Source: Eubacteriales bacterium
Lineage (GTDB): Bacteria > Bacillota > Clostridia > Oscillospirales > CAG-272
Length of the DNA: 64,000 nucleotides
Reading direction: 5' to 3'
NCBI GenBank assembly: GCA_045660295.1
Contig: JAZRDN010000043.1
Location: 378-64,377 of the forward strand
Part shown: in pieces, positions 9,157 to 18,479 of the stretch
Numbering within the stretch: the stretch's first letter is position 1
Layout: each line of letters opens with the position of its first letter
Made by a program: the position numbers and the translations under genes
The notes under the pieces: model-generated
Databases searched by the model: none
What the model was told of the DNA's origin: nothing
The model's input: only the letters and a program-made list of their open reading frames with translations

Positions 9157-9603
9157 TCAGCCGTTTATATTATAATGTTCGTTCATGAGGTTTACAGCTT
9201 TAAACATTTTGTAGTGATAAATGAGCGGACCTATGCCAATAAGACTTCCCAGTATGTTCCAAAGCCAAAAATCTGATGCTCCAAACGAGTATACAATATC
9301 ACGTCGCATTAGTTCATCGCCAATTCTTGCAGAAATTTTGTGATACCAAACTATACTTGCAATTCCAAAAGTTAATGGGTTAATAATAAATGCAAGTAAG
9401 CAAAAGTGCATCGTACGCTTTCCATCATATCGAGATGCCACTATATTAATGTCATCGGAAATCGCTGACATAATAACAAGTGCATATATCCCGAATGTTA
9501 TAAGCGACAATAGGATAAATTTCAGCAATCCTTTATTTGTTTTTAATTGTCTTTGTGGTTTCTGAGATACTCTTTGTTCTGTGTTTGAAATTTGTTCGTT
9601 CAT
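9157..9603 (-). CDS. Membrane protein, DUF4234-like
   Basis: LLKFILLSLITFGIY and TFGIASIVWYHKIS repeats; AT-rich; RBS AGGAGG. Confidence 0.7.
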   Translation of the reverse strand: MNEQISNTEQRVSQKPQRQLKTNKGLLKFILLSLITFGIYALVIMSAISDDINIVASRYDGKRTMHFCLLAFIINPLTFGIASIVWYHKISARIGDELMRRDIVYSFGASDFWLWNILGSLIGIGPLIYHYKMFKAVNLMNEHYNING

Positions 9604-9711
9604 AAAATCCTCCTTTTTGACATCTAGTGAGTGTCATTATTTGCTATATTATAGCATATAATTTTATTGTTGTCAAGTACTGAATGTCAAAAAATAAAAA
9701 AGGAGATTTTT

Positions 9712-9951
9712 ATGTTTATAAATAAAAGTTCCGATGGTTCTAACAATATATGCGGTAAAAAAATAGCTGCCTTGAGAAAGGAAATGAATATTTCTCAACG
9801 GCTATTGGCGGACAAATTGCAGTTGATAGGTCTTGATCTTGATAAAAACGCAGTACAGAGAATAGAATGTGGAAAACGCTTTGTTACCGATATAGAGCTA
9901 CTTATAATAGCCCAATTTTTTTGTGTTTCTGTAGATGAGCTTCTTAAATAG
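9712..9951 (+). CDS. Small XRE-family HTH regulator
   Basis: IAALRKEMNISQRLLADKLQ...VQRIECGKR; RBS AAGGAG. Confidence 0.85.
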   Translation: MFINKSSDGSNNICGKKIAALRKEMNISQRLLADKLQLIGLDLDKNAVQRIECGKRFVTDIELLIIAQFFCVSVDELLK

Positions 9952-9963
9952 TTGTTGGCGTAC

Positions 9964-10008
9964 AAAAAAGAGCCGAGTTGTTATTGATTAACTACTCAGC
10001 TCTTTTTT
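9964..10008. terminator. Bidirectional terminator
   Basis: AAAAAAGAGCCGAGT...ACTCAGCTCTTTTTT. Confidence 0.7.
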
Positions 10009-10018
10009 ATATGTTGTT

Positions 10019-10687
10019 TTAACCGAAATCGGCGTAATCAAACTGCGCCCAGATATCCTTGGGCTGAGCCGCGCCGTGCAGATCTATGATAGAGTGTCGG
10101 CACGCGGGGCAGGTCTTTACGTCCTTTTTTGCTATTTTGCCGCAGACTACGCAAATGTAATGCTTTTCGCTTTCGGTCTCCTCTACGGGGAAGTGAAATC
10201 CGCGGAATTTCACGATTCTGTCTCCCTTTTGAAGTGCCGAATTCATGTGAGAACGGCAGGCAAGAGTCTTTTTTTGACCCTTGTCGGTTTTGATACGCAT
10301 TTTCATGAATTCCTGCGGATTTGAACGGTTTACACCTTTGTATGCTACACCCGTGGGCTGAGGATAGCGCATCTCGTATTTTATATTTGTGATGACGCCT
10401 GCCCATGTGGGCGTGATAAGCTCAAGCGTGGTCTTGAACAGAAGCGGCGGTACCACGGCGGCGATAACACCAAGAATAACGCCTTTCCAGACGATGCTGT
10501 AATCGTTAAAAAGCTCAAGATTTCTGACTATGTAATCATACGCCCCGTAAGCCATAAGCGCGAAAAACAGCTCGTAGATTACAATGTTGCGAATCATTTT
10601 TTTGACCTTTTTCTGTCTGGTGTTGTAGACGTCGGGATATTCCTTCTTTAAAAGCTCCTCGTAATATCGGGGATTTTTTTCTTTCAT
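10019..10687 (-). CDS. Hypothetical 2-TM membrane protein with C-terminal Zn ribbon
   Basis: Two hydrophobic segments; CVVC...CPAC; RBS GAGGTG; last gene of the MarR-ABC run. Confidence 0.75.
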   Translation of the reverse strand: MKEKNPRYYEELLKKEYPDVYNTRQKKVKKMIRNIVIYELFFALMAYGAYDYIVRNLELFNDYSIVWKGVILGVIAAVVPPLLFKTTLELITPTWAGVITNIKYEMRYPQPTGVAYKGVNRSNPQEFMKMRIKTDKGQKKTLACRSHMNSALQKGDRIVKFRGFHFPVEETESEKHYICVVCGKIAKKDVKTCPACRHSIIDLHGAAQPKDIWAQFDYADFG

Positions 10688-10699
10688 AAAGTCACCTCG

Positions 10700-12526
10700 T
10701 TATTTTGCAAACTGTGAGTTGTAAAGCGAAGCGTAGAAGCCGCCCATGCGCATAAGCTGGTCGTGATTGCCTTGCTCTATAACGTTTCCGTCCTTGAAAA
10801 CAAGGATAATATCGGCGTTTTGAACCGTGGAAAGTCGGTGGGCTATAATGAAGCAGGTGCGGTTCTCCATAAGCGAGCGCATTGCTTCCTGTATCTTTAT
10901 CTCTGTGCGCGAGTCAACGTTTGAGGTCGCCTCGTCAAGTATGAGGATAGGCGAGTCGGCAAGCATGGCACGGGCAATGGTGATAAGCTGCTTCTGACCC
11001 TTTGAGATGTTTACGCCGTCGTCCGAAAGCAGGGTGTTGTAGCCGTCGGGAAGCGACTCGATGTAGGAATGTATCTTTGCCGCCTTGGCAACGCGTACCG
11101 CGTCCTCCATGGTGGCGTTTTCTTTTCCGTAGGTTATGTTTTCGAATATCGTGCCGTAAAACAACCACGTCTCCTGTAACACCATGGTGTAAGCCCTTCG
11201 CAGACTGTCACGCTTGATGAAATATATGTCGTTGCCGTCCACCCTTATGTCGCCGCTGTCGATGTCGTAGAATCGCATGAGAAGATTTATAATGGTGGTT
11301 TTTCCCGCACCCGTAGGTCCTACTATCGCTACCGTGTGACCCTTGGGGACGTTTAGCGAAAGGTCTTTGATTACAGTCTTTTCGGGGATGTAACCGAATT
11401 TCACGTTCTTTATATCAACGTAGCCCTCGGCATTGTCAAGCTCGATGGCGTTCTCCTCGTCGGGCTTTTCGGTAGGCTCGTCGATTATGCGGAAAACTCT
11501 CTCCGCCGCCGCGCACGCCGACTGAATTTCGTGAAGAATGTTGGCAAACTCGTTTATGGGACCCGAGAATTTTCTCGAATACTGCACGAACGCCGAAATG
11601 TCACCGAGACCGATTCTGAAAATAAATGGAAGCGCCGAGCCGAGCTTGGTGGTAAGCATGAGGAATATGCCGCCGAGCATGGCTACCAGCGAAATTGAAA
11701 TGTTGTTGATAAAGTTTACAGTTGGTCCCATCATCGCAGACTGATACTCGGCGTTGTAGTAAGCTGTCACCGCCGACTCATTCTTTTCGTCAAAGCGTGA
11801 GATTATCTCGCTTTCGCGGTTGTACGCCTTTATGCTCTTATGACCCGAAAGCATCTCCTCAGCGTATCCGTTAAGCTCACCCAGCTTTGCCGAGCGCGCG
11901 CGGAACAAAGGACGTGTCTTGTTGGTTTTCCACTTGGCGAAAATGATAGAAGCGGGAACAGTGAACAGGAATACGCTGATAAGTATCGGCGCTATGCTCG
12001 CCATCATTATAAGCGAGCCCACCACAGTTACGATGCTTGTCATTATCTGAAGCAGGTCGTGGGATATCGAGGCGTTTACAACGTCGATGTCGTAGGAGAT
12101 GTGGCTGATGATGTCTCCCGTGGCGTGTGTATCAAAGTAGTTCACGGGAAGCTCGGTAAGGCGGTTAAAGACCTGCTTTCGCATGGTGTAGACTATGCGC
12201 TTGCTAAGCGTGGTCATTATAAACGCCAGCAGATATGAAAGCGCCGCCGAGAGCACGTAGCATACCGCCATAAGCGCGCAGAAGGTTATTACCCTGTCGA
12301 TATCCACCTTTCCGGCACCAAGCTCAATAGCGTCGATAGCGATACCCGACAGCTTGGGTGCGGCAAGCGCCAGAAGATTTGAGACAAGCATGATAACAAG
12401 CGCAGAGAACACCAGCAGCTTGTGTTCGAGCATGTACTTTCCGAAACGCTTTATTACCGCCATTCGCACGCCCTTTGATTGGGGCGCCTCCGAGTAAGAG
12501 CGTATTTTTCTCATCTGATTATTCAA
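10700..12526 (-). CDS. ABC exporter, fused permease/ATPase (heterodimer subunit B)
   Basis: GPTGAGKT, ISKGQKQ, LILDEATS and IAHRLST; TTG start proposed from GGAGGT spacing (ATG 12514 is an alternative). Confidence 0.9.
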   Translation of the reverse strand: MNNQMRKIRSYSEAPQSKGVRMAVIKRFGKYMLEHKLLVFSALVIMLVSNLLALAAPKLSGIAIDAIELGAGKVDIDRVITFCALMAVCYVLSAALSYLLAFIMTTLSKRIVYTMRKQVFNRLTELPVNYFDTHATGDIISHISYDIDVVNASISHDLLQIMTSIVTVVGSLIMMASIAPILISVFLFTVPASIIFAKWKTNKTRPLFRARSAKLGELNGYAEEMLSGHKSIKAYNRESEIISRFDEKNESAVTAYYNAEYQSAMMGPTVNFINNISISLVAMLGGIFLMLTTKLGSALPFIFRIGLGDISAFVQYSRKFSGPINEFANILHEIQSACAAAERVFRIIDEPTEKPDEENAIELDNAEGYVDIKNVKFGYIPEKTVIKDLSLNVPKGHTVAIVGPTGAGKTTIINLLMRFYDIDSGDIRVDGNDIYFIKRDSLRRAYTMVLQETWLFYGTIFENITYGKENATMEDAVRVAKAAKIHSYIESLPDGYNTLLSDDGVNISKGQKQLITIARAMLADSPILILDEATSNVDSRTEIKIQEAMRSLMENRTCFIIAHRLSTVQNADIILVFKDGNVIEQGNHDQLMRMGGFYASLYNSQFAK

Positions 12527-14243
12527 GGAACGCACCTCCCATCTGCGAGTCACTGATCTCTTTGTATATCTCACAGCTTTCAAGAAGCTCCGCGTGAGTT
12601 CCTATGCCGTCGATTCTTCCGTCGTCAAGGACTATTATAAGGTCGGAGTTCATGACCGAGCTGACACGCTGAGCAACTATAATTACCGTCGTGTCCTCGT
12701 CCTGCTCGGCGATGGCACGGCGGAGATTGAGGTCGGTCTTGTAGTCAAGCGCCGATGAGGAGTCGTCGAGAATAAGTATCTCGGGCGAGCCAGCCAGCGC
12801 GCGGGATATAAGCAATCTCTGCTTTTGACCTCCGCTTATGTTGGTGCCCTTAGAGGTTATCTCGTGCTCAAAGCCCTCGGGAAATTCCTCAATAAATTCA
12901 AGCGCCTGCGCGCGGCGCGCCGCAGTTTTTATATCCTCAAAATCAAGGTTGCGACCAAAATCGATATTTTCCTTTACGCTTCCGTTGAATACGATGTCGT
13001 TTTGCAAAGCCACGCCAAACATGCGGTGAAGCTCGTCCTTGTCTATAGTCCGCACGTCGCGCCCATTTATCTTCACACTGCCCCTACTGACGTCGTAAAA
13101 TCGCATAAGAAGCTGTATCAGCGTACTCTTTCCGCTTCCCGTAGCGCCTATTATGCCAAGCGTCTGACCTTTTTTGAGCCCGAATGAAATATCGTGAAGC
13201 ACGTACTTGTTTTGGTGATAACCGAAGGATACGCCTTCAAAGCAGACGTGCAGGTCATTGTCGCAAGAGGGGAATTCCTCATCGGAGCAGGGAATGATCT
13301 CGTTTTCAATGTCTATGACCTCACCTATGCGGTTTGCCGAGGCAACGCCCTTGGAGTAAGCCATGAAAATTCTCGAAAGTACCATCATAGAGGTGGATAT
13401 AAGCGTGAAATACTGAATAAAGGCTATTATCTTGCCCGCTTGCGTGAGGTCGGCGTTTACTCGGTAAGCTCCGAGAAGCACGACGCCCACAAGACCCATG
13501 TTAAGGCATACCTGCATAATTGGGTTTGAGAGGGCGGTGATGTAGCCCACCTTTTTTTCGATTTTTACCAGCTTGCGATTTGCGTCGTCAAATCGTCTGC
13601 GCTCGTAATCCTTTTTGGAAAGCGCCTTGATAACTCGGATTCCCTGAGAATCCTCGCGTACCACTCGAACCATGCCGTCAACGTTTTTCTGTACCTGAGA
13701 GTAGAGAGGAATAGATTTTTTGGAAATGAAAATAACGAACAGCGCCAAAAATGGAAGCACCGCTATCATAACCAACGCCAGATGCGCGTCGAGCACAAGC
13801 GTTATAAGAATACCGCCCAAAAGAAGCAAGGGGGCGCGGATTCCGATTCTCTGCATCATGCCGATAAAGTGGTGGAGATTGTAGGTGTCCGAGGTAAGCC
13901 TTGATTCAAGGCTGGGAATGGTCAGCCTGTCGGCGTTTCGGCAGGAAAGGTGAAGCGAAGCGTGGAAAAGGTCGTGGCGTACACGCCTTGTTGTGTCGCG
14001 TGCGGTCTTTACCGAGCGTCTGTTGGCGACCACGTTGCAAATCTGTGCCACCGCCGCGCAGACTATCATCATCATGCCCCAGAAAATTATTTCGCCAAGC
14101 ACCTGCTTTGGCACGATAACGTCAACAATATGACTTAAAATATATGGGATTATAAGCTCTACTACCGTTCCGATTGCCTTGATAAGAAGTGTTATCGCCA
14201 AAAATCCGCGGTAGGGCTTTATGTATTTTAAAATCAGCTTCAT
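12519..14243 (-). CDS. ABC exporter, fused permease/ATPase (heterodimer subunit A, degenerate site)
   Basis: GATGSGKS, ISGGQKQR, LILDDSSS and VAQR. Confidence 0.92.
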   Translation of the reverse strand: MKLILKYIKPYRGFLAITLLIKAIGTVVELIIPYILSHIVDVIVPKQVLGEIIFWGMMMIVCAAVAQICNVVANRRSVKTARDTTRRVRHDLFHASLHLSCRNADRLTIPSLESRLTSDTYNLHHFIGMMQRIGIRAPLLLLGGILITLVLDAHLALVMIAVLPFLALFVIFISKKSIPLYSQVQKNVDGMVRVVREDSQGIRVIKALSKKDYERRRFDDANRKLVKIEKKVGYITALSNPIMQVCLNMGLVGVVLLGAYRVNADLTQAGKIIAFIQYFTLISTSMMVLSRIFMAYSKGVASANRIGEVIDIENEIIPCSDEEFPSCDNDLHVCFEGVSFGYHQNKYVLHDISFGLKKGQTLGIIGATGSGKSTLIQLLMRFYDVSRGSVKINGRDVRTIDKDELHRMFGVALQNDIVFNGSVKENIDFGRNLDFEDIKTAARRAQALEFIEEFPEGFEHEITSKGTNISGGQKQRLLISRALAGSPEILILDDSSSALDYKTDLNLRRAIAEQDEDTTVIIVAQRVSSVMNSDLIIVLDDGRIDGIGTHAELLESCEIYKEISDSQMGGAFLE

Positions 14244-14683
14244 TCGTCTTCCTCCGTCTTTCCGTCCACATAGCTTGCGGCGCGTTTTGCCACCTTGTCG
14301 AGCAATGCGCCAAAAAGCTCCTGTTCGTTTTCGTCAAGTGCCCCAAAAAGAAAGTTGTTCCAATCGCCTGATATCTTGCTGATAAAGGGCAGAAGCTCCT
14401 CTCCCTTTTTCGTGGGATATACCAAGGTTATCCTGCGGTCGGTCTCGCTTTGCCTGCGTTCGATAAAGCCGTCGCCCTCAAGGATCTGCAGGGCGCGAGC
14501 CACACTGCTTTTGTTTATATAAAGCTTTTTCGCCAGCTTGTCCTGTGATATTCCAGGGTTTTTGCCGATGGCAAGAATGTAGAAGTAGTGAGCGGCTGAT
14601 ATTCCGCTCCCCTCCAGCCCCTCGGCTCTGTACGCCGCCGCGCAACGCGATATGACGTTGATGTTTCTGCTTAAAGTTGGCAT
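14240..14683 (-). CDS. MarR-family regulator
   Basis: PGISQDKLAKKLYINKSSVARALQILE and DRRITLVYPT; RBS AAGGAGGT. Confidence 0.9.
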   Translation of the reverse strand: MPTLSRNINVISRCAAAYRAEGLEGSGISAAHYFYILAIGKNPGISQDKLAKKLYINKSSVARALQILEGDGFIERRQSETDRRITLVYPTKKGEELLPFISKISGDWNNFLFGALDENEQELFGALLDKVAKRAASYVDGKTEEDE

Positions 14684-14705
14684 TTTTACCTCCTTGATAT
14701 ATAAA

Positions 14706-14764
14706 GTTGCAAATGCAACGGTTGCTTCTGCAACAATTATAGCATCACATATAAATTTTGTCAA
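14706..14764 (-). promoter_or_regulatory. SigA promoter with two tandem palindromic operators (probable MarR sites)
   Basis: TTGACA(14764-14759)-17-TG.TATAAT(14741-14736); GTTGC-N4-GCAAC at 14706-14719 and 14721-14734. Confidence 0.75.
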
Positions 14765-14826
14765 TTGATTTTTGTAATAAATAGCAAAAAAACGAACAAA
14801 ATAATCTTGATACAGGAGGTGCGAAA

Positions 14827-15819
14827 ATGGCGAAAGGAATTATTGAGCTTAATTCGGGAATAGAGGCGGCGGCAGCCGTGGTGGGAAAAAACGAGCACGA
14901 GGGACCGCTCGGACCGCTTTTTGATATGCACGACAGCAGCGACCGTTTCGGCATGGACACGTGGGAAAAGGCAGAGGGCGAGATGCAAAGGCGCGCGTTA
15001 GGGCTGGCGATGAAAAAGGCGGGGGTACGTGATTCGGATATAGGCGCGATTTACGCGGGCGACCTGCTCAATCAATGCACCGCCTCGTCCTACGGTCTGC
15101 TTGAATATAATATCCCATTTTTCGGACTTTACGGTGCTTGCTCAACGTCGGTGGAGGGACTTATGCTTGCCTCGGTGTACCATAGCGCGGGGCATGCCGA
15201 AAAGACCGCCGTTGCGGTGTCATCACACTATTGCAGTGCCGAAAGACAGTACCGAAGCCCCGTGGAGTACGGCGCGCAGAGAACGCCCACGGCGCAATGG
15301 ACTGTCACGGGTGCGGGGGCGTTTATAGTAGGCGACGGCGGCAAGGCGAGGATACGCGCCGCTATGCCGGGGATAGTTATAGAAAAGGGAATAAACGACG
15401 CTTCAAACATGGGCGCGGCAATGGCGCCTGCGGCAGTTGACACACTCAAACGCTTCTTTTCGGAATCGGGAACGTCACCGCGCGACTATGACCTTATCGT
15501 AACGGGCGACCTTGGCTTTGAGGGGGGAGCAATCCTCTGCGACCTTATGCTCGCCGAGGGCTACGATATAAGAAATAACTATACCGATTGCGGTATGCTT
15601 ATCTATTCCAAAGCAACTCAGGACAAGCATGCGGGCGGCTCGGGGTGCGGATGCGCGGCAACAGTGACGGCGGCGTATCTTCTGCCCAAAATAGAGAGCG
15701 GCGAGCTTTCGAACGTGCTTCTCATGGCAACAGGGGCGATGATGAGTCCCATGAGCATAATGCAGGGTGAGTCGATACCCGCCGTGGCGCATCTTGTGAA
15801 TATAAAAACGGCGAGATAG
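14827..15819 (+). CDS. spoVAD: Stage V sporulation protein AD
   Basis: EGPLG, WEKAE, AGDLLNQC, GLYGACST, MGAAMAPAA and GGSGCGC. Confidence 0.93.
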   Translation: MAKGIIELNSGIEAAAAVVGKNEHEGPLGPLFDMHDSSDRFGMDTWEKAEGEMQRRALGLAMKKAGVRDSDIGAIYAGDLLNQCTASSYGLLEYNIPFFGLYGACSTSVEGLMLASVYHSAGHAEKTAVAVSSHYCSAERQYRSPVEYGAQRTPTAQWTVTGAGAFIVGDGGKARIRAAMPGIVIEKGINDASNMGAAMAPAAVDTLKRFFSESGTSPRDYDLIVTGDLGFEGGAILCDLMLAEGYDIRNNYTDCGMLIYSKATQDKHAGGSGCGCAATVTAAYLLPKIESGELSNVLLMATGAMMSPMSIMQGESIPAVAHLVNIKTAR

Positions 15820-15827
15820 GAGAAAAT

Positions 15828-16181
15828 ATGAACTACCTTTGGGCATTTGTTGTGGGCGGACTTTTTTGCGTGGTCGCCCAAATACTCATAGACAAAACCA
15901 AGCTCACCCCCGCGAGGATATTGGTGGGCTACGTGGTGGCGGGTGTAATACTCGGAGCGTTGGGGCTTTATAAGCCGATACTCGATTTCGCGGGGGCGGG
16001 CGCAAGCACTCCCTTGACGGGCTTCGGATATCTTATTTCAAAGGGCGTGCGCGAGGCGGTGGACGAAAAAGGGCTTCTCGGTGCCATAACGGGCGGCATG
16101 AGCGCCACCGCGGGCGGCATCTCGGCGGCGATATGCTTTGGCTTTTTGGCTTCGCTCGCCTTCAAAAGCAAGCCTAAGTGA
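15828..16181 (+). CDS. spoVAE: Stage V sporulation protein AE (SpoVAC/SpoVAEb family)
   Basis: AFVVGGLFCVVAQILID, TPARIL and FAGAGASTPLTGFG. Confidence 0.9.
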   Translation: MNYLWAFVVGGLFCVVAQILIDKTKLTPARILVGYVVAGVILGALGLYKPILDFAGAGASTPLTGFGYLISKGVREAVDEKGLLGAITGGMSATAGGISAAICFGFLASLAFKSKPK

Positions 16182-16182
16182 T

Positions 16183-16223
16183 AAAAAAGTCGGGCGGTCG
16201 CTTTGGAGACCGTCCGACTTTTT
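16183..16223. terminator. Bidirectional terminator
   Basis: AAAAAGTCGGGCGGTC...GACCGTCCGACTTTTT. Confidence 0.75.
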
Positions 16224-16289
16224 ATGTGAATTTTAATTTGACCCCTTTAGCCCAAAGTCCTTTGCTTCGCTTGGTCAGCGCCGCCGACG

Positions 16290-16568
16290 GGCGGACTTAA
16301 GGTGTTCGTAAAGGACGGAAAATCTACGCTTGCGGACGGCACAATAGCGGGAAGCTCAACTCCGCTTTTTGAATGTATGAAGCGCGCCGTCAGCTTTGGA
16401 ATTCCGCTTGAGGACGCGGTTCGTGCCGCAACCTATAACCCCGCAAAGGCGGTAGGGATAGATGGCGAGTACGGTGTTATCAAAAAGGGAAGATCCGCGG
16501 ATTTTCTTTTGGTCGATAAAGACCTTGACCTTAAACCCGTTTATATTAAAGGAAAGAGAATAAAATAA
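16290..16568 (+). pseudogene. nagA: 3'-terminal remnant of N-acetylglucosamine-6-phosphate deacetylase
   Basis: GGLKVFVKDG...GTIAGS...ATYNPAKAVG...IKKGRSADFLLVD is the NagA C-terminus; no RBS and no N-terminal ~290 aa. Confidence 0.8.
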
Positions 16569-16573
16569 AAGCA

Positions 16574-16600
16574 AAAAAGGAGCGAAATTCGCTCCTTTTT
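16574..16600. repeat. 27-bp terminator hairpin, copy 1 of direct repeat
   Basis: AAAAAGGAGCGAAATTCGCTCCTTTTT, identical to 17511-17537. Confidence 0.9.
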
Positions 16601-16624
16601 TGCTTTTAATCAATACGGTTGCTT

Positions 16625-16936
16625 TTATTCTCCGCAATAATAGCAGTGTGAATACCCACGCGCCTCGGCTTCTTCAAAGCTACCGTAAAAATAAATTTTG
16701 TTTTCGTCATTCATTATATAGGCGTAATAGCATTCGGGATAGTGAAATTTTAATGTCCTTCTGTTTACGATAAACGCGGCTTCCGTGTGCTCATTTTCAT
16801 AGATGTCATTAGTATCGTCTTTTATATCCATTGGAATAGTTTCGATTTCAATATCTTGCTTATAATTACATGAACATAGCACAAGACATAATGATAATAC
16901 AATAAAAGTTACCGATTTTTTAAGTTTTGTTTTCAT
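16625..16936 (-). CDS. Small lipoprotein with C-terminal Ada-like metal-binding domain
   Basis: Signal/lipobox LCSC; VNRRTLKFHYPEC...EEAEARGYSHCYYC. Confidence 0.75.
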   Translation of the reverse strand: MKTKLKKSVTFIVLSLCLVLCSCNYKQDIEIETIPMDIKDDTNDIYENEHTEAAFIVNRRTLKFHYPECYYAYIMNDENKIYFYGSFEEAEARGYSHCYYCGE

Positions 16937-17058
16937 AAATTCTCCTTTTGAATATATAATCGCTCGTCTTGCACCCATATAGGTGCATTTTTATTTTAAC
17001 ACGATTGTATAATAAAGTCAAGAGGTTGTTCTTGAGTAAGTGCAAAAAGGAAGATTTT

Positions 17059-17292
17059 ATGAACAAGGCGATTGAAAAGAAAATCGGAAACAATATAAGA
17101 AAATTGCGCGAAAAAGCAGGACTTACACAGGATGTTCTCGCGGCTAAAATGCAGATCGAAGGATGTGACATAACGCGAAGCGCAATTGCAAAAATCGAGG
17201 TCGGTCAACGACATCTCTATCCCGATGAGGTGATTCTCATAAAAAACATTTTGAAGGTTGAATATGACGATATTTTCAAAGCAGATGTTTGA
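17059..17292 (+). CDS. Small XRE-family HTH regulator
   Basis: IGNNIRKLREKAGLTQDVLAAKMQ...IAKIEVGQR. Confidence 0.88.
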   Translation: MNKAIEKKIGNNIRKLREKAGLTQDVLAAKMQIEGCDITRSAIAKIEVGQRHLYPDEVILIKNILKVEYDDIFKADV

Positions 17293-17306
17293 TGTGGAGG
17301 TTTGTA

Positions 17307-17512
17307 ATCTATCCGCGTATTCGAGATTTGAGATGGGATAGAGATTTAAACCAGACGCAAGTGGCAAAAATGCTTGGAATGTCTCAAACAGGATATTCTA
17401 AGTATGAAACAGGTGAAAACGATATTTCTACCGGTATTTTGGTAAAGCTTGCGAGTTTTTAGAAGTTACCTATCTTTTTGGAGAAATAGACTGTCCCAAA
17501 AGATATAAATAA
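17307..17512 (+). pseudogene. Decayed XRE-family HTH regulator
   Basis: RBS GGAGG, then ATC in place of a start codon; IYPRIRDLRWDRDLNQTQVAKMLGMSQTGYSKYETGEND, premature TAG, tail YLFGEIDCPKRYK* in another frame. Confidence 0.75.
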
Positions 17513-17537
17513 AAAGGAGCGAAATTCGCTCCTTTTT
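17511..17537. repeat. 27-bp terminator hairpin, copy 2 of direct repeat (terminator for hprK)
   Basis: Identical to 16574-16600. Confidence 0.9.
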
Positions 17538-17540
17538 GAT

Positions 17541-18479
17541 TTATGTAGGCATAGAACCCATTTGCTCCATAAGACGTTTGTTGAACTCCTCGGCGGTGTT
17601 GTAACCCATGCGTTTCTGACGGTTGTTCATTGCCGCAATCTCAAGGATAATAGCAAGGTTACGTCCTGGCTTTACGGGAATGGTGATCGAGGGAATCTCA
17701 ATGCCCAGAATATCCATTTTTTCGTCGTCAAGCCCAAGTCTGTCGTACATCTTGCCCTGTACCCACTGCTCAAGATTGATAATGAGGTCAATACGCTCGG
17801 TGTCCTTTACCGCGCCCATACCGAAAAGACGCTTGACGTCAACTATTCCGATGCCGCGAAGCTCAACGTAGTGGCGGATTATCTCGGGCGCGCTTCCCAC
17901 GAGAGTCTTTGCCGAAACTCGCTTTATCTCAACCGCGTCGTCGGCGATAAGTCTGTGACCGCGCTTTACAAGCTCAATTGCCGTCTCGCTCTTGCCCACT
18001 CCGCTGTCTCCGAGAATGAGAATACCCTCGCCGTAGACCTCGACCAAAACGCCGTGGCGCGTGATTCTGGGGGCGAGATTTGTGTTGAGGAACGCGATAA
18101 GCGCCGCCATAAGAGGACTGGTCTTTTCCTTGCTTCTTAACATCGGAACGCCGCGTTTTTTAGCCTCGTCTATTGCTTCGGGAGCGATATCAAGCCCAGT
18201 TGTTACAATTACGCAGGCAGGGTCGTGGTCAACGAAGGTGCGTATCTTTTCGATGCGCTCACTGTCGCCGCACTCGGCAAGATAATTGTGCTCGGCTCTG
18301 CCAAGCACCTCAATGCGCGAGGACTCAAAGTTGCCGAAAAATCCCGCCAGCGCAAGCCCGGGACGGTTGACCTCGGCGTTGGATATCATTATCTCCTCGG
18401 GTTCCTTTGGGAGATAGAGCGTTTCAAGCTGAAATTCCTTTATTATTTTTTGTAAGGATATGCTGTATTCGCTTTCCAT
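17541..18479 (-). CDS. hprK: HPr kinase/phosphorylase
   Basis: NRPGLALAG, HGVLVEVYGEGILILGDSGVGKSE, LIADD, ELRGIGI and PVKPGRN. Confidence 0.95.
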   Translation of the reverse strand: MESEYSISLQKIIKEFQLETLYLPKEPEEIMISNAEVNRPGLALAGFFGNFESSRIEVLGRAEHNYLAECGDSERIEKIRTFVDHDPACVIVTTGLDIAPEAIDEAKKRGVPMLRSKEKTSPLMAALIAFLNTNLAPRITRHGVLVEVYGEGILILGDSGVGKSETAIELVKRGHRLIADDAVEIKRVSAKTLVGSAPEIIRHYVELRGIGIVDVKRLFGMGAVKDTERIDLIINLEQWVQGKMYDRLGLDDEKMDILGIEIPSITIPVKPGRNLAIILEIAAMNNRQKRMGYNTAEEFNKRLMEQMGSMPT

